64,000 nt of DNA from Bryobacterales bacterium (GTDB lineage Bacteria; Acidobacteriota; Terriglobia; Bryobacterales; Bryobacteraceae), in contig CAVVLT010000005.1 in NCBI GenBank assembly GCA_963749105.1, forward strand, positions 160,299-224,298, given 5' to 3'. The notes below the pieces were generated by a model that worked only from the letters and a program-made list of their open reading frames with translations, did no database searches and had not been told where the DNA came from. Each line of letters starts with the position of its first letter. Within the stretch, counting starts at the first letter, position 1. Below are positions 17,714 through 26,428 of the stretch, one piece after another. The position numbers were made by a program, and so were the translations under genes.

Positions 17714-18661
17714 ATGGGCTCAATGGGTACATCCCCAAAGCGGAACGGGGATGCGGACGCACAAAACCGACTTTATGTTGTAGCTAATCCGGAAACTTCA
17801 GCAACCCAGGAAACGGCACGGGCGGTTATAGACCGGAACAATACAGTGTTGGAGCAAGTGGATCGGGTGGAACAGTTGATGACGCAACTCGAAGCAAAGT
17901 CGGTTGCTCTTGTACCTTACGGCTATTGGAATGAGCCACAAACTCAAGCAAAGAGATCTAATACCTGGGTCATTGCTGCAGTTCTCGGCTTTATTTGGCT
18001 CTCAAGCCTGGCGCTGGCCGTCGCCTATTTTTCCTATAGGCACTCGTCGCAGGTTGCCGAACGCGAACTGCCCAGCACGCCAACTGTAATTTCCTCGCCA
18101 TCTGATCAGCAGGACCGTAAGACAGCCGAGTCAGTAGACCAATTGACTGAGGCATTGGTAAGTTCTTCGAATCGGCTCAATCGAATCGAAGCGATACTTG
18201 AGAAATCCAATCTAGATCTTCAGCAACTCAAAACGAAGGTGGGTTCTGAAGGGACGAACACGGTGACTCGACAGTCCGAAGCTGCACCTGTCGAGATTAA
18301 TAATGCTGCGACTACATCTGCCAGCACGTTCGGGAAAGCAAATCAAAACGCTGCCGCCGCACTGGCCGCAAATGAAGCCACTGCACTGGCGCTCAAACCT
18401 GCTCTCAACGCTCTTAATGTGCAAGCGCCGCCGAAGGCAACATACCAAATTCTTTCAGTAAAGCCCACAGATGCTGCCGTTCCGCACAAAGCCGATGACG
18501 GCACTATCGACTATTGGCTAGTGGCACACGGTGCCTTCAAGGAGTTGGCCAAGGTGCAGCCCATTGCGATTAGTGCGGATGGCGTCGTGATTCACAATCT
18601 AGAGGATGGCAAGAACTACACACTGACGCGGCAAGGCGAATGGCGCAACGCTGAATGGTAA
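17714..18661 (+). CDS. Hypothetical single-pass membrane protein
   Basis: ATG at 17714 preceded by AAAAGGGG; the tracked ORF starts at GTG 17651. 315 aa with a coiled-coil-like N-terminal part (LEQVDRVEQLMTQLEAK), one TM (WVIAAVLGFIWLSSLALAVAYFSY), an Ala/Asn/Thr-rich linker and a compact C-terminal domain. No family recognised. Confidence 0.55.
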   Translation: MGSMGTSPKRNGDADAQNRLYVVANPETSATQETARAVIDRNNTVLEQVDRVEQLMTQLEAKSVALVPYGYWNEPQTQAKRSNTWVIAAVLGFIWLSSLALAVAYFSYRHSSQVAERELPSTPTVISSPSDQQDRKTAESVDQLTEALVSSSNRLNRIEAILEKSNLDLQQLKTKVGSEGTNTVTRQSEAAPVEINNAATTSASTFGKANQNAAAALAANEATALALKPALNALNVQAPPKATYQILSVKPTDAAVPHKADDGTIDYWLVAHGAFKELAKVQPIAISADGVVIHNLEDGKNYTLTRQGEWRNAEW

Positions 18662-18666
18662 GCCCG

Positions 18667-20013
18667 CTATGGTGCTCTGTTTCGAGCGTTGGAATTTTCT
18701 GCTGACTGATCCTCCAACGCGGCGTAGGCCATGGTATGGAAATCGGCCGCTGTATTCGGTCCGCCTGGATGAAGCTGCGCCATGAAGATTGTGATCATGT
18801 CTTCCTGCGGATCGATTGTAAAAGCCGTATAGAAGAATCCGCCCCATTGATATTGGCCCGGACTGCCAAGTGCGTGAAGAGGCGTTTTTTCGCCGTCGAT
18901 ACCAAAGCCGAGGCCGAATGCCTGCTCTGGAAACTTTGGACCAAGCTGATCGTGAGTCATCAACTCAATCGATTTCCTGCTGACTAACTGCGTCTTGCCA
19001 CACTTGCCCTGGTTGAGCATGAGTTGACAGAAGCGGGCATAATCCGCCGCCGTGGAGCAAAGACCGCCGCCGCCGGAGAATAGCTTTTTGGGACCGGCAA
19101 TCGGGTAATCCGCCGAGTAGGAAAACGGTCCTTCGGTGATGGGGCCGTCTGGAAAACGCGCCAATCCTTTGCCCTCGTACCACGTGTAGGCGGTGGCAAG
19201 CCTGTCCACTTTGTCTGGCGGAACGTAGAAGAATGTGTCCTTCATGCCGAGTGGGTCGAAGATGCGTTCCTTGAAGAACTGATCCAGCGGCTTGCCGGAA
19301 ATGACTTCGATTAGATAGCCAAGCACATCAATGTTCAGTCCGTAATTCCAGCGTTCGCCGGGATTAAACAACAGCGGCAATTTAGCGAGTCGTTTGACGC
19401 TCTCGCCGATGGTGCCGTCGAACGGAAGGATGCCGCTGGCGACGTTTGCTTCCTTGTATAGCGGTCCAAGATCGGCGTCCCAGTTGTAGCTGATACCGGA
19501 GGTGTGGGTAAGCAGGTGGCGGATGGTGATCGGCTGGGTCGCGGGAATTGTGTACGGCTTGCCCTCTTTGGGTTTGACCAGAACTTTCGGGTTGGCGAAT
19601 TCAGGGATGTATTTTGCGACTGGATCGTCCAGCTGAAAACGGCCTTCTTCATAAAGCATCATGACGCCCAGAGTAGTGATTGGCTTGGTCATTGAGCAGA
19701 TGCGGAAGATGGAGTCAGGGCGCATCGGCTGCGAGTTTTCTTTATCCCGATTGCCGGTCGCGCGGAGCCAAACTACTTGGCCGTGGCGAGCGACCAGTGT
19801 GACAGCGCCCGCGATTTCTCCCTTGTCAACGCTAGCTTGGACGGCGGTGGCGATTCTCTCCAGGCGGGTGGAGGATAGGCCGACTGTTTCGGGCTTGGCG
19901 GGTGACTGCTGGGCAGTGGCGTAGCGGCAGCTACCGGCGGCGAGGAGGATGAGGAGTTGCGCCTGTACAAGGCGCCGGTAGATTGTCTGAAAAAGCGCGG
20001 ATTTGCCTGTCAT
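18667..20013 (-). CDS. Serine hydrolase, beta-lactamase/PBP4-like fold (class C family)
   Basis: S-x-x-K motif in RICSMTKPITTLG. A signal-like N-terminus begins at ATG 20013 (MTGKSALFQTIYRRLVQAQLLILLAAGS...ATAQQ). The tracked GTG at 20097 would overlap the upstream gene by 19 nt. Confidence 0.8.
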   Translation of the reverse strand: MTGKSALFQTIYRRLVQAQLLILLAAGSCRYATAQQSPAKPETVGLSSTRLERIATAVQASVDKGEIAGAVTLVARHGQVVWLRATGNRDKENSQPMRPDSIFRICSMTKPITTLGVMMLYEEGRFQLDDPVAKYIPEFANPKVLVKPKEGKPYTIPATQPITIRHLLTHTSGISYNWDADLGPLYKEANVASGILPFDGTIGESVKRLAKLPLLFNPGERWNYGLNIDVLGYLIEVISGKPLDQFFKERIFDPLGMKDTFFYVPPDKVDRLATAYTWYEGKGLARFPDGPITEGPFSYSADYPIAGPKKLFSGGGGLCSTAADYARFCQLMLNQGKCGKTQLVSRKSIELMTHDQLGPKFPEQAFGLGFGIDGEKTPLHALGSPGQYQWGGFFYTAFTIDPQEDMITIFMAQLHPGGPNTAADFHTMAYAALEDQSAENSNARNRAP

Positions 20014-20078
20014 GGTGAAGGGTATCAGTTGCAGCTTATCATCCAGATAGGATTGGTGAACGATGCGCGGCTGGCTCG

Positions 20079-20933
20079 CTAAGGCTGAGTGACCCACTTG
20101 ATTGTGAACGCGCCCGCTTCATCGACCACTGTGTACTCCGGCGGTGGCTGAAACAAATCGGCTGACGGCTCTGCACGGCTAATGTTTGTGAGCTTCTGTG
20201 TGTGTTCCCCACTTTGCGGATCGCTCGACTTGAACAAGATCATGACCTTGAGGTCTGGCGACATCCAGGTTTCGTTCACCGTGGAAATGGGTCGATCATT
20301 GCCGCGCGCTCCGGTTGGAAAGGTGGTGGTGTTGCGGGTCCCCTCGACGAGCAATCCTTCAATCGTCTGAGTTCCGAGTTTTTCTATAGTGTGCTCCGGC
20401 CTCTCGGTTGCGGGAACTTGGCCAGCGCCCACCACTGCTCCTATGTTGCCCGTTGCGCCCACAGTCCCTGTTTGGGGGCGAGCACTGATCCGATTGGCAC
20501 GTTCTGGCGCAGGCGGCAGTTGTTGGCGGTGAGCCACCTTATTGACGGTATCGAGGGTGTACTTCGCTTGTGCCGCAGGGTCGACGATTTCGACCACAAT
20601 CGGCACGTCGGGGTTAGCTCCCGCGATTGCCATACCACGGACCAGTGAGCGCTCAGTACGAGTCCTGCCGAGCGAATCGCGATACACCTTAGTAGGAAGC
20701 GAGTTATGGGTGATGTGCGTTCCGTCGGCGAGTGTCTGAACCTGCTCCCACACTTCTTCCGCCGAATAGGGAGCGCCAGTGACGGCACGTGCCATGAATC
20801 GCGGGGGCGCAGGAAACGTGGTGGTTCCACTGAAACCGTTTGGTCCAGAGTTAAAGGTCGCGGAGGTTTGTCCAGACAGACCCACTGCACAGAGCGCGAA
20901 AGAGATGAAAACCAACACACAGCGCATAGGCAC
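20079..20933 (-). CDS. Hypothetical secreted protein
   Basis: 284 aa with signal peptide MPMRCVLVFISFALCAVGLSGQ. No catalytic motif recognised. Confidence 0.6.
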   Translation of the reverse strand: MPMRCVLVFISFALCAVGLSGQTSATFNSGPNGFSGTTTFPAPPRFMARAVTGAPYSAEEVWEQVQTLADGTHITHNSLPTKVYRDSLGRTRTERSLVRGMAIAGANPDVPIVVEIVDPAAQAKYTLDTVNKVAHRQQLPPAPERANRISARPQTGTVGATGNIGAVVGAGQVPATERPEHTIEKLGTQTIEGLLVEGTRNTTTFPTGARGNDRPISTVNETWMSPDLKVMILFKSSDPQSGEHTQKLTNISRAEPSADLFQPPPEYTVVDEAGAFTIKWVTQP

Positions 20934-20967
20934 TCCTGACAGAAAGTTTAGCGCGAAAATAGCTCCT

Positions 20968-22071
20968 TTATTCCTTGCTCCGATGAAAACTCAACTCCCG
21001 TTCTCCTAAATGTGCATCCAGGAACCTAGCCATGATCTGGTCAGCCTCCTGCGATTCCGGCAGCGCCGGATTATTCCAAAACGCGTGGGGCAGAGCCTCA
21101 AAGACAACTAACTGTGCAGCGACGCCAGCCCGCAGATAAGCACGGTGGAGAATGGTTGTTCCGCTGAGTAGCAGATCGCGCCCGCTAGTGATGAATAGCG
21201 TTGGCGGGAATCCAATAAGATCCGCGTACAAAGGGGACAGCACCGGATCTTTCGGATCGGTCGCGCCAACGTAGGAATCCAGTTGCCGAGTGCCGCGTTG
21301 GGGGGGATCGAGATGACCAGAGAACCCGTTCAGCGCAAAGATGGCCTGCGAGTCTCCACTTCGACTAAAGTCACCCATGCCTGAGAAAATTCCCGTGGCT
21401 CCGGGCAGCGGCAGGTTTAGCTGTTTCAGTTTTACGGTTACTTCGGCAGTGAGAATTGCGCCGGCCGAAGTGCCGTATATACCGATGTGGCTTGGCTTGT
21501 AAGTTTTGAGCAGTTCTTTGAAGACCGCAATCGCGTCTTCCACGCCAGCAGGGAACGGGTGTTCGGGAGCGAGACGGTACAGCACCGCAACCACTTTTGT
21601 TCCTGTCAGATTGGCGATTGGAATCGTTTCGGTAAGCGAACCTGAATCCGAATTAAACCCACCGCCGTGCAAGTTGATCAGTACCCGATCACGCTTTTCC
21701 GGAGCGATGTTAAGGGGAGTGATTATGCGCACTGGCACGCCCGCGATTGTGTCCGTAGTTACATTCGCCGGGTACAATTTTTTCGATTCTTCACCCGCTC
21801 CCGCCTGCCACTTGTCCGTCGCAGTTCGCCTTTGTTCCAGTGTTTGCGGCACAGCGGCATCGGACACTACTCGTGCGAGTACCTTTTGCGCCTGCGGGCT
21901 GATCGTGGTGGGTACAGGCACAACTCGGGTGACGTACGCTGTTCCGTCTGGTCCAATTTTGCTACTATCCGTCTGCGGAAAATCGCTGGAATTCTGCTGT
22001 GCAAAGACTTGGCACACGGCGAGTGAAACGCCGATCAGGGTGTAAGAAATCCGCCTGCTCAGTTTGTCCAT
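20968..22071 (-). CDS. Alpha/beta hydrolase, esterase/lipase (hormone-sensitive-lipase-like HGGG family)
   Basis: Oxyanion-hole motif INLHGGGF and nucleophile elbow GTSAGA. ATG at 22071 preceded by AGGAG (11-nt spacer), followed by signal peptide MDKLSRRISYTLIGVSLAVCQVFAQQ. Confidence 0.85.
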   Translation of the reverse strand: MDKLSRRISYTLIGVSLAVCQVFAQQNSSDFPQTDSSKIGPDGTAYVTRVVPVPTTISPQAQKVLARVVSDAAVPQTLEQRRTATDKWQAGAGEESKKLYPANVTTDTIAGVPVRIITPLNIAPEKRDRVLINLHGGGFNSDSGSLTETIPIANLTGTKVVAVLYRLAPEHPFPAGVEDAIAVFKELLKTYKPSHIGIYGTSAGAILTAEVTVKLKQLNLPLPGATGIFSGMGDFSRSGDSQAIFALNGFSGHLDPPQRGTRQLDSYVGATDPKDPVLSPLYADLIGFPPTLFITSGRDLLLSGTTILHRAYLRAGVAAQLVVFEALPHAFWNNPALPESQEADQIMARFLDAHLGERELSFHRSKE

Positions 22072-22160
22072 AAGAACAAGATCTCCTGGGCCATATATTA
22101 TCGACAAGACTGGATGGTTGGGATCGTTAGGTCGAATTATGCGGCTATGGTGAAGAGAGA

Positions 22161-23003
22161 GTGCGCGGACTCAAACTACATTCTTCGACGCGGATCGATC
22201 AGGCCGAATGGCTAAAGCCGCGGCTGCGGCCCTCCTCGGGCAGTGTTGCTTCGATTGTGCCAGACGGATTTCCGGCTTATGTTCGAATTCTTCATCCCGC
22301 GCGCGGTCCTAACGATCAGCTATCCACTTGGGCTCAAGTGGCGGCTCGCTCAGGGGGCACAATGCACAGACTGGCGCAATTTCATGTGATTGAACGTCCT
22401 CTCCCGTCCATCTCGGCCAGCAGCGCTGGCAGACCGTATGGGGATTTGATCAATGGATTGGTCAGCCCGCCGGACATGGGGAATCTCCCGGCTCACCTGC
22501 TAACCGCTCTTTGTGAAGTTCTAGCTGAACACACAACGACAAGAGAATCATGCTTCTTTTGCCTTTGGGACGGCCATGGTTGGCTGCCGGACAAAGCAAC
22601 TGGAGATGGGCTGGTTTTCACACCATCAACAGAAGAGCTGAAGAACACTCCGACCACGCCTCTCGATCCTTCGCCGGTGCCGCCGCCATTCCCGAGGGAG
22701 TTGGGGAAACAGCCCAAGATAGATTTCTTATTCCGCAGCTATTTTCTATTCGAAGGCCCCCTGGGTGCAGCGAACCAGTTTGGCTGGAGACTAACGGAAG
22801 ACTGCTTCATGACGGAGTCGCCGAATCTGTTCTGGTCTGAAGACCATGCCTGGTGTGTCGCCTCGGAGATTGATCTATTTTGCACTTTGGTTGCAGGGTC
22901 CGAGGCACTGGTGGAAGCAATTCTTGCCGACCCTCGCTTGGAGACGTGGCGAGTATTTCCCTACGATCCTGTGACGTACGACAGCGACAAAATCAACACT
23001 TAA
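22161..23003 (+). CDS. Hypothetical cytoplasmic protein
   Basis: 280-aa ORF with a non-ATG (GTG) start as tracked. No signal peptide, TM segment or recognisable motif. Coding status is inferred from its length and the lack of a competing ORF. Confidence 0.5.
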   Translation: MRGLKLHSSTRIDQAEWLKPRLRPSSGSVASIVPDGFPAYVRILHPARGPNDQLSTWAQVAARSGGTMHRLAQFHVIERPLPSISASSAGRPYGDLINGLVSPPDMGNLPAHLLTALCEVLAEHTTTRESCFFCLWDGHGWLPDKATGDGLVFTPSTEELKNTPTTPLDPSPVPPPFPRELGKQPKIDFLFRSYFLFEGPLGAANQFGWRLTEDCFMTESPNLFWSEDHAWCVASEIDLFCTLVAGSEALVEAILADPRLETWRVFPYDPVTYDSDKINT

Positions 23004-23044
23004 TAATTTCGGACCAAGCGGTTCTCTTCCGAAGAATTTAGCCT

Positions 23045-23656
23045 CTATTGAGGAAGAGACTTGCGGGCGGCTAGCTTCGCGTCGTACTCCGCCTGCTCAC
23101 GCTCCTGGCGTTCGCGGAACTCGCGGGAGCGCTTTTCCCGCAGTGTCTTTCCTTCTTCTATCGAATCGAAAAAGGAATCATCGCGATCACGTCTCCATAG
23201 GGCTTCAAAGTGACTGTCCTTTTTGTATTCGGGGTTCAAGAAACGGACAACGATTTCGCGGTCGTCTTCCGCAACAACTTCGGCTAACTTCGGTTCGGAT
23301 GTTTCTCCACGCGACCAAACGCAGAGGGATTTGCCGATTAGGGATTCCTGCTCGCGAGCCGTGCGAGCCTTCTTTTCTTCCTCGCTAAGGGGCGGATCGA
23401 AATGGAAAGGGGGCCTCTCACTGACGGGCAACGCTGGGGCAAGGGAGCACTCCGTTTGTTTGATTTCGACTATGCGGCCGTCCTGGAACAAGGCTTCGTA
23501 GGTTACTCTCAGCCCATCTTCGCCGTTGGCGGTGTATTGCGGATAGTAGGAGAGGAGGTTGGAACCATAGAACTCGACAGCGCCATTGTGATGAGTGGGT
23601 GCGCCCGCGTCGTCCATCAGAACGCCTTCTTCGCTGATCGTATAGCTGGTCAGCAC
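23045..23656 (-). CDS. Hypothetical protein downstream of the Hsp70-like gene
   Basis: 203 aa. Highly charged C-terminal helix REKRSREFRERQEREQAEYDAKLAARK. No family recognised. Confidence 0.5.
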   Translation of the reverse strand: MLTSYTISEEGVLMDDAGAPTHHNGAVEFYGSNLLSYYPQYTANGEDGLRVTYEALFQDGRIVEIKQTECSLAPALPVSERPPFHFDPPLSEEEKKARTAREQESLIGKSLCVWSRGETSEPKLAEVVAEDDREIVVRFLNPEYKKDSHFEALWRRDRDDSFFDSIEEGKTLREKRSREFRERQEREQAEYDAKLAARKSLPQ

Positions 23657-23791
23657 GCAGTCGAGATCTTTGGTTTGATATTCCAGTGCCGCCGCTTCGG
23701 CCGAATACGCGCCGGGAAGCGGGTATTTGCAGTGGATAGAGTCGAAACATTCCCATGAGTATGGTTACTGCTGGCTGCGCGAGGCTACGCC

Positions 23792-25381
23792 TTACCCGGT
23801 CGTTCCAACGCTCAGCGTCGATTTCTTTTTCCGGCCCGATGCCTTCACGGCTTTGGCATCGGTAGACCACCGCCCGAGCTTATACGTGCGGCTGAATCCG
23901 TTCATTGTGTTCGAAATGGTTACGGCAATGGCACCTCCTGCATCGCATTCGTACAACTCTTCGATTCGTTGTTTTGCCGCACACGGCGAATACTGTACCG
24001 GCAAGGATTTCAAATCGGCCGTTTCCTGTAACGTCGGGTCGAACGGGAAGAAGATTTCATCCCACATGGTGACTTCGCCGCTTGGTCCGCCGTCGGAGGC
24101 GCGATGACTGCATTCCATAAAACGAAAGTGGCCAACGTTGTGAACCGGGGAATAGGACCGTCGAATGGCGACCGGTGGCGCGCCGGATTGGGGCAAGTCC
24201 AAACCCTTGGCAAACAGTGGATCGAACACGATGCGGGAACCGCTCTCGGCTTCACGCCACACGCCAAAGAAACGCGCCAACTTTTCGCTGAGTTTATATG
24301 TTCCTGGCTGGTCTGCTTGGATTGCCAAGCCAATGGCAGTTGCCGAGCGCGTGTAGGCCGAACGCAGCACGCGGCGGCCGAATTTTTCGCGCAAGACACG
24401 AGCCACCAATGGCAACTCACTGCCGCCGCCGGTGACGTACAAAGCTCCAAATTCGCCGTGATGCTTAGCCAGTAAATCTTCGGCTGCGGCAATCGTTTCT
24501 TCCACCAGCGGCTTGGCCATCTCGTAAAAATCGGACACTTGCACGACCACACTGCCCCAAGCTGGATTGATCGGTTCTAGATCAATCGAGACGCGCCGCG
24601 AATTCGGATTTAGCGATTCCTTCTTGAGACGGCATTCTTCCAGCAGAGAGAACCAACCGCCAGCCGAAATTTCGTCGCGGCCGTCGAGGCTCACACCTGC
24701 TTTATCGAGGGCCAAATCGGCCAGGATGTGATCGAAATCGTCGCCACCGATGGATGGTATGCCTTCGGATGCGATCACGTGATGCACGTTTTCATCGAGG
24801 GTCACCAGTGACGCGTCAAACGTCCCGCCGCCTAAATCGTAGACCAGAATCGTTTCACGGCTCGCCTTGCTTTGCTTTTGCCGGTGGCCAAATTCTATGC
24901 TGGCTGCGCTGGGTTCGTTGAGTATGCCGAGCACTTCAAAGCCCGAAGCGCGAAACGCCTCCACCGTAAGAAAGCGCTGATTACTGTTCGCATGAGCCGG
25001 CACGCCCAACATGATTTGCAGAGGCTCACCGGGTTTCGGCGATACGTTCGAATGCTCCCGCAATTCCAGGCACAAAGCCGAGGTCAAGCCACGCAGCAAG
25101 TCATTCAGGGATACTCGCCGGTCGCCCAAATCCAGTAGCGTCTGCGGACCTGCGTCCTCCAAGAGTCTCTTGATGGACCGCACGACCGTCCACGACTCGT
25201 CACCTTGCGTTTCCCAGGCTCGCCAGCCATAACGTCGCTCCTCGCCACGAATAGCGACTAAGGATGGAAACCAATCCGGACTGGTTCCATCAGGAGATTC
25301 GAACGAGACCAACGGATAATTGCCGCGATCGGCGGCGGCAACGACGATCCGATTCGTCCCGAAGTCGATGCCCAACTTCAT
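23792..25381 (-). CDS. Atypical Hsp70-family (actin-fold) ATPase
   Basis: 529 aa. Phosphate-1 motif MKLGIDFGTN and phosphate-2 motif VYDLGGGTFDASLV of the Hsp70/actin fold. The C-terminal ~160 aa are not recognisably DnaK substrate-binding domain or lid. Confidence 0.85.
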   Translation of the reverse strand: MKLGIDFGTNRIVVAAADRGNYPLVSFESPDGTSPDWFPSLVAIRGEERRYGWRAWETQGDESWTVVRSIKRLLEDAGPQTLLDLGDRRVSLNDLLRGLTSALCLELREHSNVSPKPGEPLQIMLGVPAHANSNQRFLTVEAFRASGFEVLGILNEPSAASIEFGHRQKQSKASRETILVYDLGGGTFDASLVTLDENVHHVIASEGIPSIGGDDFDHILADLALDKAGVSLDGRDEISAGGWFSLLEECRLKKESLNPNSRRVSIDLEPINPAWGSVVVQVSDFYEMAKPLVEETIAAAEDLLAKHHGEFGALYVTGGGSELPLVARVLREKFGRRVLRSAYTRSATAIGLAIQADQPGTYKLSEKLARFFGVWREAESGSRIVFDPLFAKGLDLPQSGAPPVAIRRSYSPVHNVGHFRFMECSHRASDGGPSGEVTMWDEIFFPFDPTLQETADLKSLPVQYSPCAAKQRIEELYECDAGGAIAVTISNTMNGFSRTYKLGRWSTDAKAVKASGRKKKSTLSVGTTG

Positions 25382-25510
25382 CCCCTACAGTGTAGCGGTC
25401 AGCTTCTCGATTTGCCAAACCTTCGCTTCATTACCGGCAGTCCTTGACAGTGGGCGCACATTTTGAAACCCTCAGGGGTAATCTAAGAACTAGGCAAAAG
25501 GAGTTACTAT

Positions 25511-25870
25511 ATGGCACTGACTGCAAAGACACGGCAAGTTGGCAATGTCTCAATTGTCGATTTGAACGGTAAGATCACACTCGGAGAAAGCTCGGGTGTT
25601 TTGCGCGATGAACTGAATTCGCTGCTCGCCATGGGGCGCAAGAGCATCATCGTAAACATGGCCAACGTTTCCTACGTGGACAGCGCCGGGCTAGGCGAAT
25701 TGGTAGGTAAATATACAACCGCGACGAACCAAGGGGGTTCCATTAAGTTGCTCCATCTGCAAGGAAAGATGAAAGATCTGTTGCAGATTACCAAGCTTCA
25801 CACCATCTTCCCCATCTTTGAAAATGAGGACGAGGCGGTGGCCAGTTTTGGCACCAGTGCAACTGCATAA
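25511..25870 (+). CDS. STAS-domain protein (anti-sigma-factor antagonist, SpoIIAA-like)
   Basis: 119 aa. IVDLNGKITLGESSGVLRDELNSLL ... NMANVSYVDSAGLGELVG is typical of STAS. Strong AAAGGAG Shine-Dalgarno 7 nt upstream. Confidence 0.85.
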   Translation: MALTAKTRQVGNVSIVDLNGKITLGESSGVLRDELNSLLAMGRKSIIVNMANVSYVDSAGLGELVGKYTTATNQGGSIKLLHLQGKMKDLLQITKLHTIFPIFENEDEAVASFGTSATA

Positions 25871-25887
25871 AACCCGACGGTTCTATC

Positions 25888-25920
25888 AATGGCGCGGACT
25901 GTGTTGACAGCTGCGCCATT
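25888..25920. terminator. Hairpin between the convergent STAS and BCCP-like genes; possible bidirectional terminator
   Basis: Perfect 8-bp inverted repeat AATGGCGC / GCGCCATT enclosing a second small stem CTGT/ACAG. No clear U-tract on either strand. Confidence 0.3.
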
Positions 25921-25927
25921 TCAGTCA

Positions 25928-26428
25928 TTATTCGACCACTAGCAGTGTCTCGCCAGCAGCTACCGTTGCGCCGGGGCCAACTAGAATCTTCAGGACGACA
26001 CCCGTTTTAGGCGACTTGACCTCGTTCTGCATTTTCATGGCTTCGACCACAATCAAGCCTTGGCCCGCCTCCACTTGCGCTCCGACTTCTACTAGTAGCG
26101 TGACGATTTTTCCAGGCATTTGAGCGCGAACACTGGCCGGACCCTTGGAAGAGCCTGCTTCGGCCGGCCCTAACCGGTCCCGAGTATCGGAGACGGAAAT
26201 AAAGTGACGAAGACCGTCGCTGCTGACCACCTCGTAGGAATCCGGGTAGGCAACAATATTCACCGTGAAGCTGCGTGCCCCAAGCAGAATAGAAAGCACT
26301 CCAGGTCTAATTTCCTCGATAGAGGCGGAACCGGGAGGAGCGCCGTCGAGCACGTACTCGGTGGCAGATCCGCTGCCACGCATTTCCAGCGTATGACTCT
26401 CGTTATCTACATCAATACGGAGTTTCAT
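25928..26428 (-). CDS. Biotinyl-carrier (BCCP) domain protein, C-terminal piece of a split acyl-CoA carboxylase alpha subunit
   Basis: ATG at 26428 in an ATGA overlap with the biotin carboxylase stop. 166 aa. Biotinylation motif VVEAMKMQNEV near the C-terminus. The tracked 233-aa ORF start lies inside the upstream gene. Confidence 0.85.
   Translation of the reverse strand: MKLRIDVDNESHTLEMRGSGSATEYVLDGAPPGSASIEEIRPGVLSILLGARSFTVNIVAYPDSYEVVSSDGLRHFISVSDTRDRLGPAEAGSSKGPASVRAQMPGKIVTLLVEVGAQVEAGQGLIVVEAMKMQNEVKSPKTGVVLKILVGPGATVAAGETLLVVE

Noticed and set aside
23418-23870. A 150-aa ORF bridging the gap between the Hsp70-like gene and the 203-aa orphan.
   Set aside because: It has extremely Arg-rich composition and overlaps both flanking genes out of frame. 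It is most likely non-coding.
25430-25510. A TTGACA hexamer upstream of the STAS gene as a sigma-70 -35 box.
   Set aside because: No acceptable -10 hexamer lies at 16-18 nt spacing. Only the Shine-Dalgarno (AAAGGAG) is convincing.
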